Assembly: GCF_006345805.1 (NCBI RefSeq)
Contig: NC_043002.1
Span: 57,288,001-57,352,000 of the forward strand
Reading direction: 5' to 3'
From: Octopus sinensis
Taxonomy: Eukaryota
DNA length: 64,000 nt
Position 1 is the stretch's first letter. Each line of letters starts with the position of its first letter. A model generated the notes under the pieces. That model was not told where the DNA came from. It was given only the letters and a program-made list of their open reading frames with translations, and ran no database searches. Made by a program: the position numbers and the translations under genes. Below, piece after piece: positions 40,815 to 53,726 of this stretch.

Positions 40815-42173
40815 CCACCTATATCATAATATATTTTATATAACATAATATCTTAATATATTACTATAATATCATATTGTATGTTACTAAAAAGCGATCG
40901 CTTTTCAATGTTTTTTTTCCTTATGAACGAATGGGAGGCATTCATTCTTTTAACCCGGAGTAATTGTGGAAACTTCCAACGAGAAACAATAACACGTTGA
41001 TCAAATTTCGAAATCATGAAATGAGGTTTTATCAAACTACTTCATTCTGTTTATCTGAGTTTATCTCGCCAAAGAAAGATGTTGCGGTTTGCTGCTCGCA
41101 GTCCCGAATATCTTATGCGGCTGTTCGAGTTAAATTTTGGCTCTCATTTCTAACAATTTTAGGTGCTATTTTGTACACTCACTTATAAAAATATCTATAT
41201 GTAAGTACATGTGTGTGTCTTTGTGTGTGTGTGTCTTTGTGTCTGTGTTTGTCCCCCTACACTGCTTGACAACTTCATAGAGTTTAGCAGTTCAGCACCA
41301 TATCTCCCCTGGAGACGACCCTAATGTATTACAGGTAATATTCCCCGACGATTTGAAATCTATTTCCAATTAAAGCTAATACAAGACCAACGAAGAAAAA
41401 AGTAAAACGGAGTTTTTTGTCAGCAAACTGAGAATATTTTCACTTGAAGTGTTTATGAATATAATTTAACACATTATTTGGCTGTTATTTCCGACCATAC
41501 TGAAGCGTCCACTTTGGCTCTCTAAAGTTTTAATCTGTGTGTCGAAAGACAGCGGAAAGGTTTCCTACTGGATCTAGTCGTGAGGAACAAAAACAACCTC
41601 CATACCGTTTGAAGGCAATATTTTTGTATTGTAACGCTAAGGGAATTAACTCCGAATGAGTCATTGTGACAGCGTTGATGTCTCACCGCTACCATGGCAA
41701 CCAACTCTATTTGTTCTTTAATTATATCGTAAAGAACAAATAAAGCTGAGTCAACGGAGAGAATTTACAAGTAGAAGACCTTCTGCTGTTCTCTGAAGAC
41801 TTCCTGCTGTTCAGCTCCTTTGACAGTTTCTTACCACAGATGTTGCAAAGATAGTTTTTGAAGCATCTGCAGTCTATTTTCTGTAAATTTTATTGAGTTA
41901 ATTTAGAGAAGAAATTACCATTATTAGAAAATTCTATAAATCAGTTTTTTATGCGAGGCTTCCTAGGGTCTGTTATGTGGAGCTAATCTAATGCTAAAAC
42001 GCATTTATTGATCTCTTTTAATTTGCTTCTTTAATGCTGCCAAGGAGGATAATTGGTTAATGCTGCCAATAATATAAAGCTGTTTTATTTAGTTTCGTAA
42101 AAGAACCAAATCAAGCTAAATTTTGTTTCAGGGTCCATGGAGCAGATTTGCAGTTTATATATATAATTAGAGA

Positions 42174-42257
<84 letters not shown>

Positions 42258-42291
42258 GTCTGTCTGTCTGCCTGTCTGTCTGTCTGTCTGC

Positions 42292-42323
<32 letters not shown>

Positions 42324-42350
42324 TTATCTATCGGTGTGTGTGTGTGTGTG

Positions 42351-42392
<42 letters not shown>

Positions 42393-43341
42393 AACATTCC
42401 GCTACATATCGATTTCCAATATTGGTACAAGGTTGCATATTTATGGACGCGAGTGATGGATTAAATTGACCTTAGTATCTGGTTAGTGCTTAGGTATCGA
42501 TATCCCGAAAGATAAAAATACAAAAATGAAAAGCAAAAAAAAAAAAATGGGAAGAAACGGAGGTAAGTCTGACGTAGAAATGGATTGAACATGGAGAATC
42601 AAGGGACATAAGCAAGTATTGTAAACTGTACTTTCATTCGACGCTCTACTGATTCGGCCAAACACTGCTGCCCTGTGACGTCAGTGAAATAGCAAAATAA
42701 TGAAGATTTGAATGGAGTGCCGATAGATGTCGAGATTATCAGATATAAGTTCTAACTGTGTATTGCTGAAATTATTGAAGCATGTTGTAAGAACTCAATT
42801 AAGAAATTGAGTTTCGTTTGTTGTAGAGTGTTTTCCTTCAGTGCCAAAGATGAAAGATTCCCTGCGCTCTCTCTTACATATTTTTTATTTAATTTTTGCT
42901 TAGTTTTCCAACCGAAACAACATCGGAACTTTCTCACTCAATAATTTCACACGGTTCGAAAGTTTTGTAATAAACGGAGGGAAATAAACGGGTAAGGAGA
43001 TAGAAAAAGGTCGTATATGCTTCTTTATGCTTCATGACTGAAGACGAGTTCAATCGGTTATCGTTCAATTGATTGGTCGTCTGAACGTGACGGGGATTTT
43101 AACGAATGAAGAAACATCAGCACGAATGAAGGTTCGTACAGAAACGTTTAATCCTAGACACTAACAACATATATATTCATACAAACATACATACATAGTG
43201 ACTAGTAGATAAACGAAGAGAGGGAGAGAGAGAGAGAGAGGGGGGAGAGAGAGACAGAAAGGTAGGGAGGGAAATGCCAGATAAAATAAAGAGGAAGTCA
43301 GAAGAGAACGAACGATGAACGCATTTGAAACAGTGGATGTT

Positions 43342-43408
<67 letters not shown>

Positions 43409-43676
43409 GTCTGTCTGTCTGTCTTTCTGTCTGTCTGTCTGTCTGTCTGAATGTCTGTCTGTCTGTATGTATGTATGTATGTCTATCTATCTAGTTGGAA
43501 TTTACAAAAAAAAACACAACACAAAACAAAAGACGAAGACAGGTGCGTAAACAACAAACAGATGTATTAGTTTAACGCTCGGGAATTGAGGAAGTCTTTT
43601 ACGTTTCGAGCCTACGCTCTTCAACAGAAAGGAACACAGAAATAAGCAGAGAGAGAAAATAACAAAGGTTTAGTGG

Positions 43677-43821
<145 letters not shown>

Positions 43822-43894
43822 CGTCCGTCCGTCCGTCCGTCCGTCTGTCTGTCTGTCTGTCTGTATATCTATCTATTTATCTATCTATATCTAT

Positions 43895-44365
43895 CTAGAA
43901 TCGGCTAGGTACAGAAAGACTCTAGCATTAGATCGAAATAGAATATAGGGAGATCTAGTTAAGAAATTATAAGAGGTACTTAGAACTGGCATCGCGTCCA
44001 GAACTGGCATCGCGAGGTTGGCCCTCGACTAACACTTCAACGCCAAACACGACGGCTGCCTTGTCAGAGCTAGGATGCGTGCCTTGTCAGAGCTTGGAGC
44101 CGCCCGAGAGGTCCGAGTGGCGAAGGCGCAACGAGGCAACAGAGCCACCATTAAGTCCCTGACAGATGAACAGGGACGCGAAGTACTCGAGCCTGAAAGG
44201 ATGTGTAAGACCTTTCAACAACAGTTTGGGACAACTGGTGGGTCAGAATGCAGGGTGGACTTTAGTAACTACCTACATGATCTGCCACGACTCTCAGCAA
44301 GAGAGGCGGAGTGTTGTGAAAGACCCATCATTGCTGCGGACGTACGGGATGTGATGGCATTATAC
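43895..44365 (+). mobile_element. Tx1/L1-clade LINE ORF2 internal fragment (APE-RT linker)
   Basis: [16 protein letters not shown]...GCLVRARMRAL...RGNRATIKSLTDEQGREVLEPERMC...LPRLSAREAECCERPIIAADV, stopping just before the expected KSPGxDG; abuts (TATC)n at its 5' side. Confidence 0.72.
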
Positions 44366-44442
44366 TGGTGTCCTTGGTGAAAGAATGTGTGTGCTGGACT
44401 CGAGCGAAAGGATTAGAGACAAACACTTACCTCTCAATCTAA

Positions 44443-45180
44443 GGAGAGCAATCCACTGGGAGCTTTGAAGAAAACTAGGATTTGAACATACGGATAAATG
44501 GTATGAACATGAACCTAATAAAGTACTAGAAAGTAATAAATACAAGATGCTGTGGGACTTTAACATTCAGACTGATACAATAATAGGAGCTAGAAGGCCT
44601 GATTTAGTAATAGTAGATATAGAGAATAGAAAGCGCCAGATAATTGACTTTACAGTCCCAAAGGGTGAAAACATTAATATGAGATTTCGTTTTTGGATTT
44701 GGTTTGCAAGATTCTTTATATGAGTTCGTGTGTTGAAGCATATTCTGTTGTGTCTGGGGAGAGTCATTCTCTTTTAGTGCCTTATTATTTAACACACTCA
44801 CCGGTAAAATTTCCACTTATTTCTTATTTTTTATTTTCTAAAATTTTCGTTGCGTATTGCAACCTTTTCAATAGTCTTTCAATACGAGAAGTATAGAAAA
44901 ATAGCAAAGTACCAGGACCTAGCCATTGAATTACAGAGACTATAGAAAGTGCGGGTAAAATGTATCCCAGTACTTATAGGTGCATTGGGAACTATCCCTA
45001 AAGATCTGAACACATGGCTAGAGGGAATAGGCATAAAACCCAGTTTAGTACAGCTGCAGAAAACAGTGTTATTAGGGACAGCTAGGATACTTAAGAGGGT
45101 TCTTGGCATCTAAGGCATCTTGTAGCCGACGTTAGGATTCTTTTCTTTTCCAACAGTCTAATCTGTTGAGAGTATATGAA
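44443..45180 (+). mobile_element. R4/Dong/Rex6-like LINE, restriction-like endonuclease domain + 3' UTR, interrupted
   Basis: KWYEHEPNKVLESNKYKMLWDFNIQTD..GARRPDLVIVD...IIDFTVP..[insertion 44685-44880]..KIAKYQDLAIELQRL...IPVLIGALGTIPK...LQKTVLLGTARILKRVLGI* (PD..D..K..KY motif); (AAT)n tail. Confidence 0.88.
44685..44880. mobile_element. 196-bp insertion inside the R4-like RLE domain
   Basis: Splits the RLE reading frame; flanked by AATATGAGA (44676-44684) and AATACGAGA (44881-44889), a putative 9-bp TSD with one mismatch. Confidence 0.7.
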
Positions 45181-45181
45181 C

Positions 45182-45227
<46 letters not shown>

Positions 45228-45267
45228 TGATAATAATAATAATATAATAATAATAATAAAATAATAA

Positions 45268-45327
<60 letters not shown>

Positions 45328-47199
45328 TGGTATCAGATTTTGGTACAAGAGTAGCACGTTCGGGGGAAGGGTAAGTCGATTACATCAACCCCAGTATTCG
45401 AGTGGTAACTTATTTTATGCATCCGGAAAGGATGAAAGGCAGAATTTAAACTCAGAACGTAAAGTCGCACGAAATGCCGCCGAGCATATTGTCCTGCGCG
45501 TTATCGACTCTGCCAGCTCGTCGGCATTTTGATATTAACGTGCAAAGTGATACAAATCACAGTGGAGGTCCAAAAATGGTCACCTCAGACACCTTAATGA
45601 CTTCAGTTGTAATTTCAGGTGTTCTTCATTAGACACTTTATCTTTCTAGTTTGTTCGTCAACTAATCAGCTAATTAGTAGATCAGTTGGTTAATTAGTCA
45701 GGTTATGACGTCAGTTGTTTAGCTATTCTCTCTATGAAATATCGCTAATTAGTTAATTGATTTGGGCACTATGTTAGTTTGGTAAGTCTGTCAATCAGTC
45801 GATCAGGTGGTCATCAGTTGGTCAAGGTGATCAGTTTGTAAGATGTTTAAGACGTCAGTTTGTCAATCGGTCATTCTGGTTAATTAGTCCGGTAATTAAT
45901 TAGTTTGTTAGTCACTCTGAGTAAATCGGTCAGGGTAATAGGATGAACAAAGCGAACCCATCATCGTCGTCGTCGTCGGTGGCGGCGTCATCATCATCAT
46001 CATCATCATCACCACCATCGCCATCACCTCCGTCACCATCATTGTTATTATGCTCTTCCTCGCCGTCGCCATCATCATCAACAACCATTACCGTCATCAT
46101 CATGACCACCACCACCACCACCACCACCACCACCATCGCCGTTGTCCGCTTCTTCGTCCTCCTCTTTGTCCTCCTTCTTCCTCTTCGTCGTCGTCCTCCT
46201 CCTCCTCGTCATCATTGTCGTTATTGCCATCCTATTGAATCTGGCAGTGTTCCTATTTTAAATTGGTGCCAGATAGAAGGACCAAAATCACACAAAAGAA
46301 AAAAAAAGACCAACAAATATGGGAAATGCGAAACTTTTGCCGAGCGCAATCATGGCGTCCAAGCGACAAACAACGACGACTGCAAATGGTTGTGTCCCGT
46401 CTGTGCAGTGAAGTTGTCTAATGGTTGGGTAATTGCACTCACGTGCACCATCCTCTTTCTTTTACTCATTTACAGTCATTAGACTGTGGCCATGCTGGAG
46501 CACCTCGTTCGAGAACTTATATATTTTTCAAAGCCTGATATTTATTCTATCGGTCTCGTTAATGAACCACTAAGTTACAGATAGGTAAACACACCAACAC
46601 CATTAGTCAAGCGGTGGTGGTGGGGCAAACACAAGCACACACATACACAGACAGACGCACGCGCACACAGACGCACACACACATACAACACACGCACACA
46701 TATATATACAACGGGATTCTTTCAGTTTCCGTCTACTAAATCCACTCACAAGGTTTTCGTCAACTCGAGGCTATAATACAAGACACTTGTCCATGGTGCC
46801 ACATAGTGGGACTGAACCCGGAACCATGTGGCTGGGAAGCAAGCTTCTTAGCACACAACCACACCAGCGCCTGTGGACGTAATTTCATTTCCTAGACACG
46901 GAAGTGCATAATGTTCATGAGCAAAACACATCATTTCACCAATCCAGCAAGCCCTTGATGAGTTCCAGTCATAGCTAGGAGGTTAACTCTCTGATGGACT
47001 AGGGGGTATGTTATGATCTGAATCCTTTACTCGCCACGAAGACTGGGTTAAACTTCAGTTTTATGAGTCTTAGATTTAGGCCGAAGTGCTCAGCTGTATT
47101 GGTGTCTTTATGTCCTCGTAACTAAGCACTTCGACAACAGCGACCGATAGAATAAATACCGAGCTTATAAAAATTATCCAAGCCAGTGCTTCAGCGTGG

Positions 47200-47655
47200 C
47201 CGTCTCGTTCCAACAGCTCAGCTACTGGGAAAATCTCAAACAGCTAAGACTCTACTCTCAGGAGCAAAGGCGTAATATACATCTGGAAGATCCTGGAAGG
47301 AATTGTGCCAAATTTTGGCATTGAAAGCTACACCAATGCCAGAATGGGTCGACACTTCACAGAGTCAAAGATCCCAGCAATGGCATCGCGCTTCAGCAGC
47401 AGTCTGGATCCAGGGGCCCACAGCTTTGTAATATTCTCCCAAAGAGCCCGACTGACCTACACAAAGTGGATGTAGGTGTTTTCAAATCAAAACAGGACCT
47501 CTTCCTGTTGAGAGTCCCAGATTAACTTGCCTCGCGGCAAACTCCTTTATTCACCAAATGCCACATATTAGAGGAGGCTCTCAATAATAACAGTGTAGCA
47601 AAACGGTGGTGCCCCGGCATGACCGCAGCTCTTAGCTGAAACTTCAAATAAAAAT
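47200..47655 (+). mobile_element. CR1-clade LINE 3' end, degraded
   Basis: LSYWENLKQLRLYSQEQRR..IYIWKILEGIVPNFGIESYTNARMGR...GPQLCNILPK...VDVGVFKSK; 3' UTR ends GGTGCCCCGGCATGACCGCAGCTCTTAGCTGAAAC. Confidence 0.82.
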
Positions 47656-47708
47656 ACATGCATACATACACACACAGACACACACATACATACGTACATA
47701 CATACATA

Positions 47709-47747
<39 letters not shown>

Positions 47748-47748
47748 A

Positions 47749-47793
<45 letters not shown>

Positions 47794-48525
47794 TATATAT
47801 ATATATATACACGACAAGGTTCCACACAATTTCTCTCTTCCAAATTCACTCGCAAATCATTGGTCAACACGAGTTATGGTAGTAGAAACAATCCGGTGCA
47901 GAAGGAAGGGATTGAAATCGAAATCTCATGATTACAGTAGTGTCCCAGCATGGCCGCAATCCAACGAGTGAAACGAGCAAAATAAAAAAATAATAATAAA
48001 ATAAGTAAACGATAACAACCAAACACATAAATAACAAACCGAGGAAGAAAATAGCTCACAAGTTTATTACAGTGAAAACGAGGCTAAAATAGAATATAGG
48101 TCCTCCCTCTACTCTCCTGAAAAAAGGTGAAAAAAAAGGACAAAGTATAAGAAACAAAAAAATGAGTCTTTTTTTTGCTCAATATTCTCTCTAACCGGAG
48201 AAGCAAATAAATAATACCCTATTTATAAACAAGCTAACTCCAGTTATTTCGTGTCTCTATCATCATTCATACACCAGCAGACGATTAATTAATGTATTTT
48301 TACTTCAGAGTTTATTATTATTTTTATCTTTTCATTTGATATCCAATATAAATAATATTGACTTGACTTGCAAAGGCGAGGTTGCTCGGAAGAAGGGGAA
48401 AAAAGAAATGTAATGATTCAGAGATCGTTATTTCGATCATAAGCGGCCCTTTTGAATCCAGCTTGACAAACGAAGTTTGTGAGTGTTTGTGTCCATGTTT
48501 GAGAATATCAGTATGTGTGTGTGTG

Positions 48526-48593
<68 letters not shown>

Positions 48594-48870
48594 AGTATCA
48601 GTCGATTTATATAACTCCAAGAAGAAAATATTGGATATATGATAGATTCAGGAACTGGCTTCAAAGGCGTCAAGGATGTTGTAAAGAATATGATGTTCTA
48701 TTGAATGAGGAGTGGGGTTGGTGGGGTGGGGGGAGGGCGACGAGGAGGCGAACCATTTTCTGAACACAGACATTGCACTAGTGTAGAGTACTGAAGTCTG
48801 ATGACAGTCAATCACTTTGAATTCTCAATACAGACATGAACCCGCCCTCACCATACACACACATGCAATA

Positions 48871-48949
<79 letters not shown>

Positions 48950-49175
48950 GTGTGTATGAGTATACGTTTATATGTATATATATGTGTATAATATATATAT
49001 GTATATTTATTATATGTGTATGCATATATGTATATATATGTATATATATATATATGTATATATATGTATATATATGTATATATATGTATATATATATGTA
49101 TATATATATATTATATATATATATATATATGTATGTATGTGTGTGTGCATGAGTATACGTTTATATGTATATATA

Positions 49176-49210
<35 letters not shown>

Positions 49211-49265
49211 GTATATTTATATATATGTGTATGCATATATGTATATATATGTATATATATATATG

Positions 49266-49297
<32 letters not shown>

Positions 49298-49356
49298 TGT
49301 ATATATATATGTATATATATGTATATATATGTATATATGTATGTATGTATATATAG

Positions 49357-49398
<42 letters not shown>

Positions 49399-49635
49399 TA
49401 TATATATATATATACATGCATACGTACACTCACACACACATACACATGCACTAATATATATCTATGTATACATGCATATGTGTACATACATACACCAGCA
49501 GACGCGCACATATTCAAACACAGACTTAAACATACATATATCCAAACAAAGGGCGACAGACAAAAACAAGACAAAACAAATAAATAAAAAAGATAAACAA
49601 ACGAAAAAAACTGACAGACATGCAGACAAGCATTT

Positions 49636-49726
<91 letters not shown>

Positions 49727-52354
49727 CTGTAAAGCTAGCAAGATGGTTTCTTTGTCTCTGTCTCTCTGAAATACAAAATCTATTTGAATTTCATCAACAA
49801 AAGTTGTTAATATAATGTATGGCTCTCGCAATATAAATCGTATTTTCACACCAATTCATCAAAACACACTTCCTGTTTTCGAAATATTCTATGTATTTTT
49901 TTAATTTTCTTTTTTTTTTCTGATGTCATTTTCGAATTTTTTTTTCTTTTTTGGTAATTTCAAATTTAAAATGCTTCTTGAGTTGGTATCCGTTTATTTT
50001 TTCATCTCCAATTTTTATTTTAAAATTTACTTAAACCATTATTATTTTATATTTAATCACTTATTATTTATTTATTTTTTTATCATTCTTCGACCTTTCA
50101 TTATTTATTTTGCTAACGTTATTGATCTATAACATTAATGAATATATCGTGTTTGCTTGCCTCTTTTTTTCTGATTTTTGTCTGTTTTATTTGCTTGTTT
50201 GTTTTTGTTGTGTGATGCAACAACAAAAGCCATCTTTGTCTACTCAACAACTTTTAGTTGCTAAAATTGTAGCTAGAGTTCTAAATATGTTCTCGGCAAT
50301 AGTACACTAAATTCGAGATGGGAGTTCGTGCCTGAACCTTCTATTTTCTTATGTTCGTTTCAAATTTTGGCATGGGCCAGTAATTTTGGGAGAGGGGATA
50401 AGTCGATTACATCCACCTCAGTGTTCAACTGGTACTTATTTCATAGACCTCGTAAGGATAAAAAGCGAAGTTGACCTCGGCGAAATTTGAACTCAGAACG
50501 TAATACCGCTACGTATTTCGCCCGGAGCGGTAACGATTCTGCCAGCTCATCACATTGTAATTAATAAATAAATTTAAAAAAATGATAATACTAAAACTAA
50601 TAATAATGGTTACAAATTTTGGCACAAGGCCAGTAATTTCAGGGAAGGGAGTAAATTGATTACATCAACTCCAGTACTCAACTGGTACTTAATTTATCGA
50701 CCCCGACAGGACGAAAGGCAAAGTCGACCTCGGCGAAGTTTGAACTCAGAACGTGAAAACGGACGAAATGCCGTTAAACATTTCGGCCGGTGTGCTAACG
50801 ATTCTGTCAGCTCACTGCCTTATGGAAGAATATTAACCATTATTATTAGTTGGAATCATGAGAGGAACAATTTACTGCTAAGTCCTGGCTGACTGACCTT
50901 TTTCACAAAATAAAGGATATTAAACTACAAGTGATTTTATCTCGGGCGAAAACTGTAGCATCTTGCCTGTCAACGGTGTATATACATTACAATCATAGAT
51001 GGTTATTTTAATTTAATGCTGCTTCAGTTATCTTTTATCTTTTACTTCAGTCATTAGACTCTGGCCAAGTTGGGGCACTGCCTTGAAAAACTTTTACTTT
51101 TCATTTGGTTGCTTATGCCGAACTGCTAAGTTACGGGGACATAAACACACTAACACCGGTTGTCAAACGGTGTGTGTGTGGGCAAACACAAACACACACA
51201 TACATATACGGTGGGCTTCTTTCAGTTTTTGTCTACCAAATCCACTCACTAGGCTTTGGTCGATCCTAGGCTATTGTAGAAGACACTCGCCCAAGTTGAC
51301 AGGTAGTGGTACTGAACCCGGAACCATGAGATTGGGAAACAAACTTCTTACCGCACAGCCACACCTAAGCTTATAATTGTATACAGGTGATTATTTATTC
51401 GGCCCGGCGCTCACTCGCAATATCAGTAAATGTTTTATTTTATTTACTGCTTCATTTATTGAAGGTGACAGATTTCGCCCAGACACGTGACCGACTGCGT
51501 GTACTCGCCACTGGTAATTACAAAATGGCCGAAATCCATTTGGCGTTGCTGGAGCAATTTTTTCGTCTCCTTGCAATAGATATTATGTTAGTAACACAGC
51601 ACGGCCTATGAAGAGATTTTGTCAAGGACAAAAGACCACAACGCCTTATCTGTCAACGGTGTATCTACGTTAAGTATGATACATATATAGCTATTTGAAT
51701 TTAATGCTGCTTTAATTGCGTATACAGAATTTATATTTAGTCGAAAGCCTATCCGCTTGATCAGTGAATGCTTTATTAACTGTTCCCTGTATCGGTAGCG
51801 ACGAATTTTCGTTGAGGCATGCGACTAGCCGTGAATATCTTTCATCGAAAAGGCCCCAAAAGGCCGAAAAGCATCTGGAATTCTCGCTAGTTGTTGTTGC
51901 GACGATTTTTCATCTCCTTACGGTGTATGTCATTTTTTTAGCATAGCATGTCTAAAAGAGAGTTCATCTCCGACGAAAACTACAATATCTTGCTTGTGGT
52001 TGGTGTATGTATATTAAGTATGGTACATACGTGGAGGCACAATGGCCCAGTGCTTAGGGCAGCAGACTCGCGGTCGTAGGATCGATTCCCTGACCAAGGT
52101 TGCAAGTATTTATTGAGCGAAAATACCTAAAGTTCAATGAGGCTTCGGCAGGGGCTGGTGGCAAACTCTGCTGTACTCTTTCCCCATAACTTTCACTCTT
52201 TCTTCCTGTTTCTATTCTACCTGTATTTCAAAGGGCCAGCCTTGTCACACTCTGTATCACACTGAATCTCCCCGAGAGCTACGTTAATTTAGCATTTTTC
52301 TATTAATAATAATATACATGTCTGTGTGTGTGGGTATATGGATTGTGTAACCTA

Positions 52355-52665
52355 GGGTGGAGTGAAAATAACAAAATTGTAGAAATTGAAAATGCCTGAG
52401 GCCTAAAATCTTGCTATATATTATTACTAAAAAATGCTAAATTTTCACTTACTTCAGTGTAAAGCATTTACTCCCTCAAACTCCCAAACTCCGCTATCGT
52501 AAAAAGTTTACAAAAATCCCCCATTTTTGGAGTTTAGGTGGCTTGAGGAAGTAAATGCCTTTGATTGATCTCAGCGAAAATTTAGCATTTTTTAGTAATA
52601 ATATATAGCAAGATTTTAGGCCTCAGGCATTTTCAATTTCTACAATTTTAATTTTCACTCCACCC
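52355..52665. mobile_element. Foldback MITE, ~90-bp almost perfect TIRs, GGG...CCC termini
   Basis: GGGTGGAGTGAAAA...GCCTGAGGCCTAAAATCTTGCTATATATTATTACTAAAAAATGCTAAATTTTC vs its reverse complement at ~52576-52665. Confidence 0.9.
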
Positions 52666-53403
52666 CACCCCTACACGCTACCCCTCAAAATACTTCTCAG
52701 GAAGAGTCAGCGTGACACAGACTGTGGCAAGGCTGGCCCTTTGAGTTATAGGTACAACTCACTTTTGCCAGCTGAGTGGCAACGCGAAGTAAAGTGCCTT
52801 GCTCAAGGATACAGCGCACCACCGTGAATCGAACTCACAACCTTACGATCGTGAGCCGAACACACTACCCACTAAACAACGCGCCTTCTCTAGTATATAG
52901 TGTTGGCTCAACTTCGCTTATAGGACGCGGGGTAATTTTTTTTATGAGACATGTCATCGGGAAACAAGGTGCGTCTTATATTCAATCAAATATATAAATG
53001 GCTAATTTAAAGTCTTCAAATGTAATATTTTTGGAATGCCTGACTGTGTTGCGGTACCAATAGACTATAATACGATGATTGTTACATGACATTTGTTCAT
53101 CATAGTTTATTTTTGTCTGTATTTTATTACCTGGTCTTAACTAGTAACATCGGCTAGTTTTACATGCCGCAGTTATGCTTCACTGCTCTTTAGTATATGT
53201 TTGACTACAGCTTCCTTGTTAATTGGGAATTTCCGATATAAATACCCAATTATTAATTCTCTGTCCGGTAATTTTCCGTTCAACTGCCTTAGGAGAATAC
53301 TTCTGTTTGATATTACAAATCATTCTGCAGACGTTAGTTTATTACTCATGGCCAGGTTCCTTTTTTCGCAAAACATTTCATTACGTTATTGTTTACATGC
53401 TGC

Positions 53404-53469
<66 letters not shown>

Positions 53470-53510
53470 CGTTGTTGTTGTTGTTGTTGTTGTTGTTGTC
53501 ATTATTATTA

Positions 53511-53726
53511 AGGCGGCAAGCTGACAGAATCGTTAGCATGCCTGGCAAAATGCTTAGCGGTATTTCGCCGGTCGCTACGTTCTGAGTTCAAATTTTGCCG
53601 AGCTCGACTTTGCCTTTCATCCTTTCGGGGTCGATAAACTAAGTACCAGTTGAGTCCTGGGGTCGATTTAATCGACCAGTCCCCACCACCAAATTGTCTG
53701 GCCGTGTGCTTATAGTAAAAAGGATT
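53511..53726 (+). mobile_element. SINE family A, full length, tail type 1 with (ATT)n
   Basis: GGCGGCAAGCTGACAG head, GAGTTCAAATTT B box, body, tail TGTGCTTATAGTAAAAAGGATT(ATT)n. Confidence 0.8.

Noticed and set aside
45590-45630. Minus-strand ...EVIK|gtgtct as the missing caveolin exon end
   Set aside because: In-frame stops lie immediately upstream and there is no acceptor.
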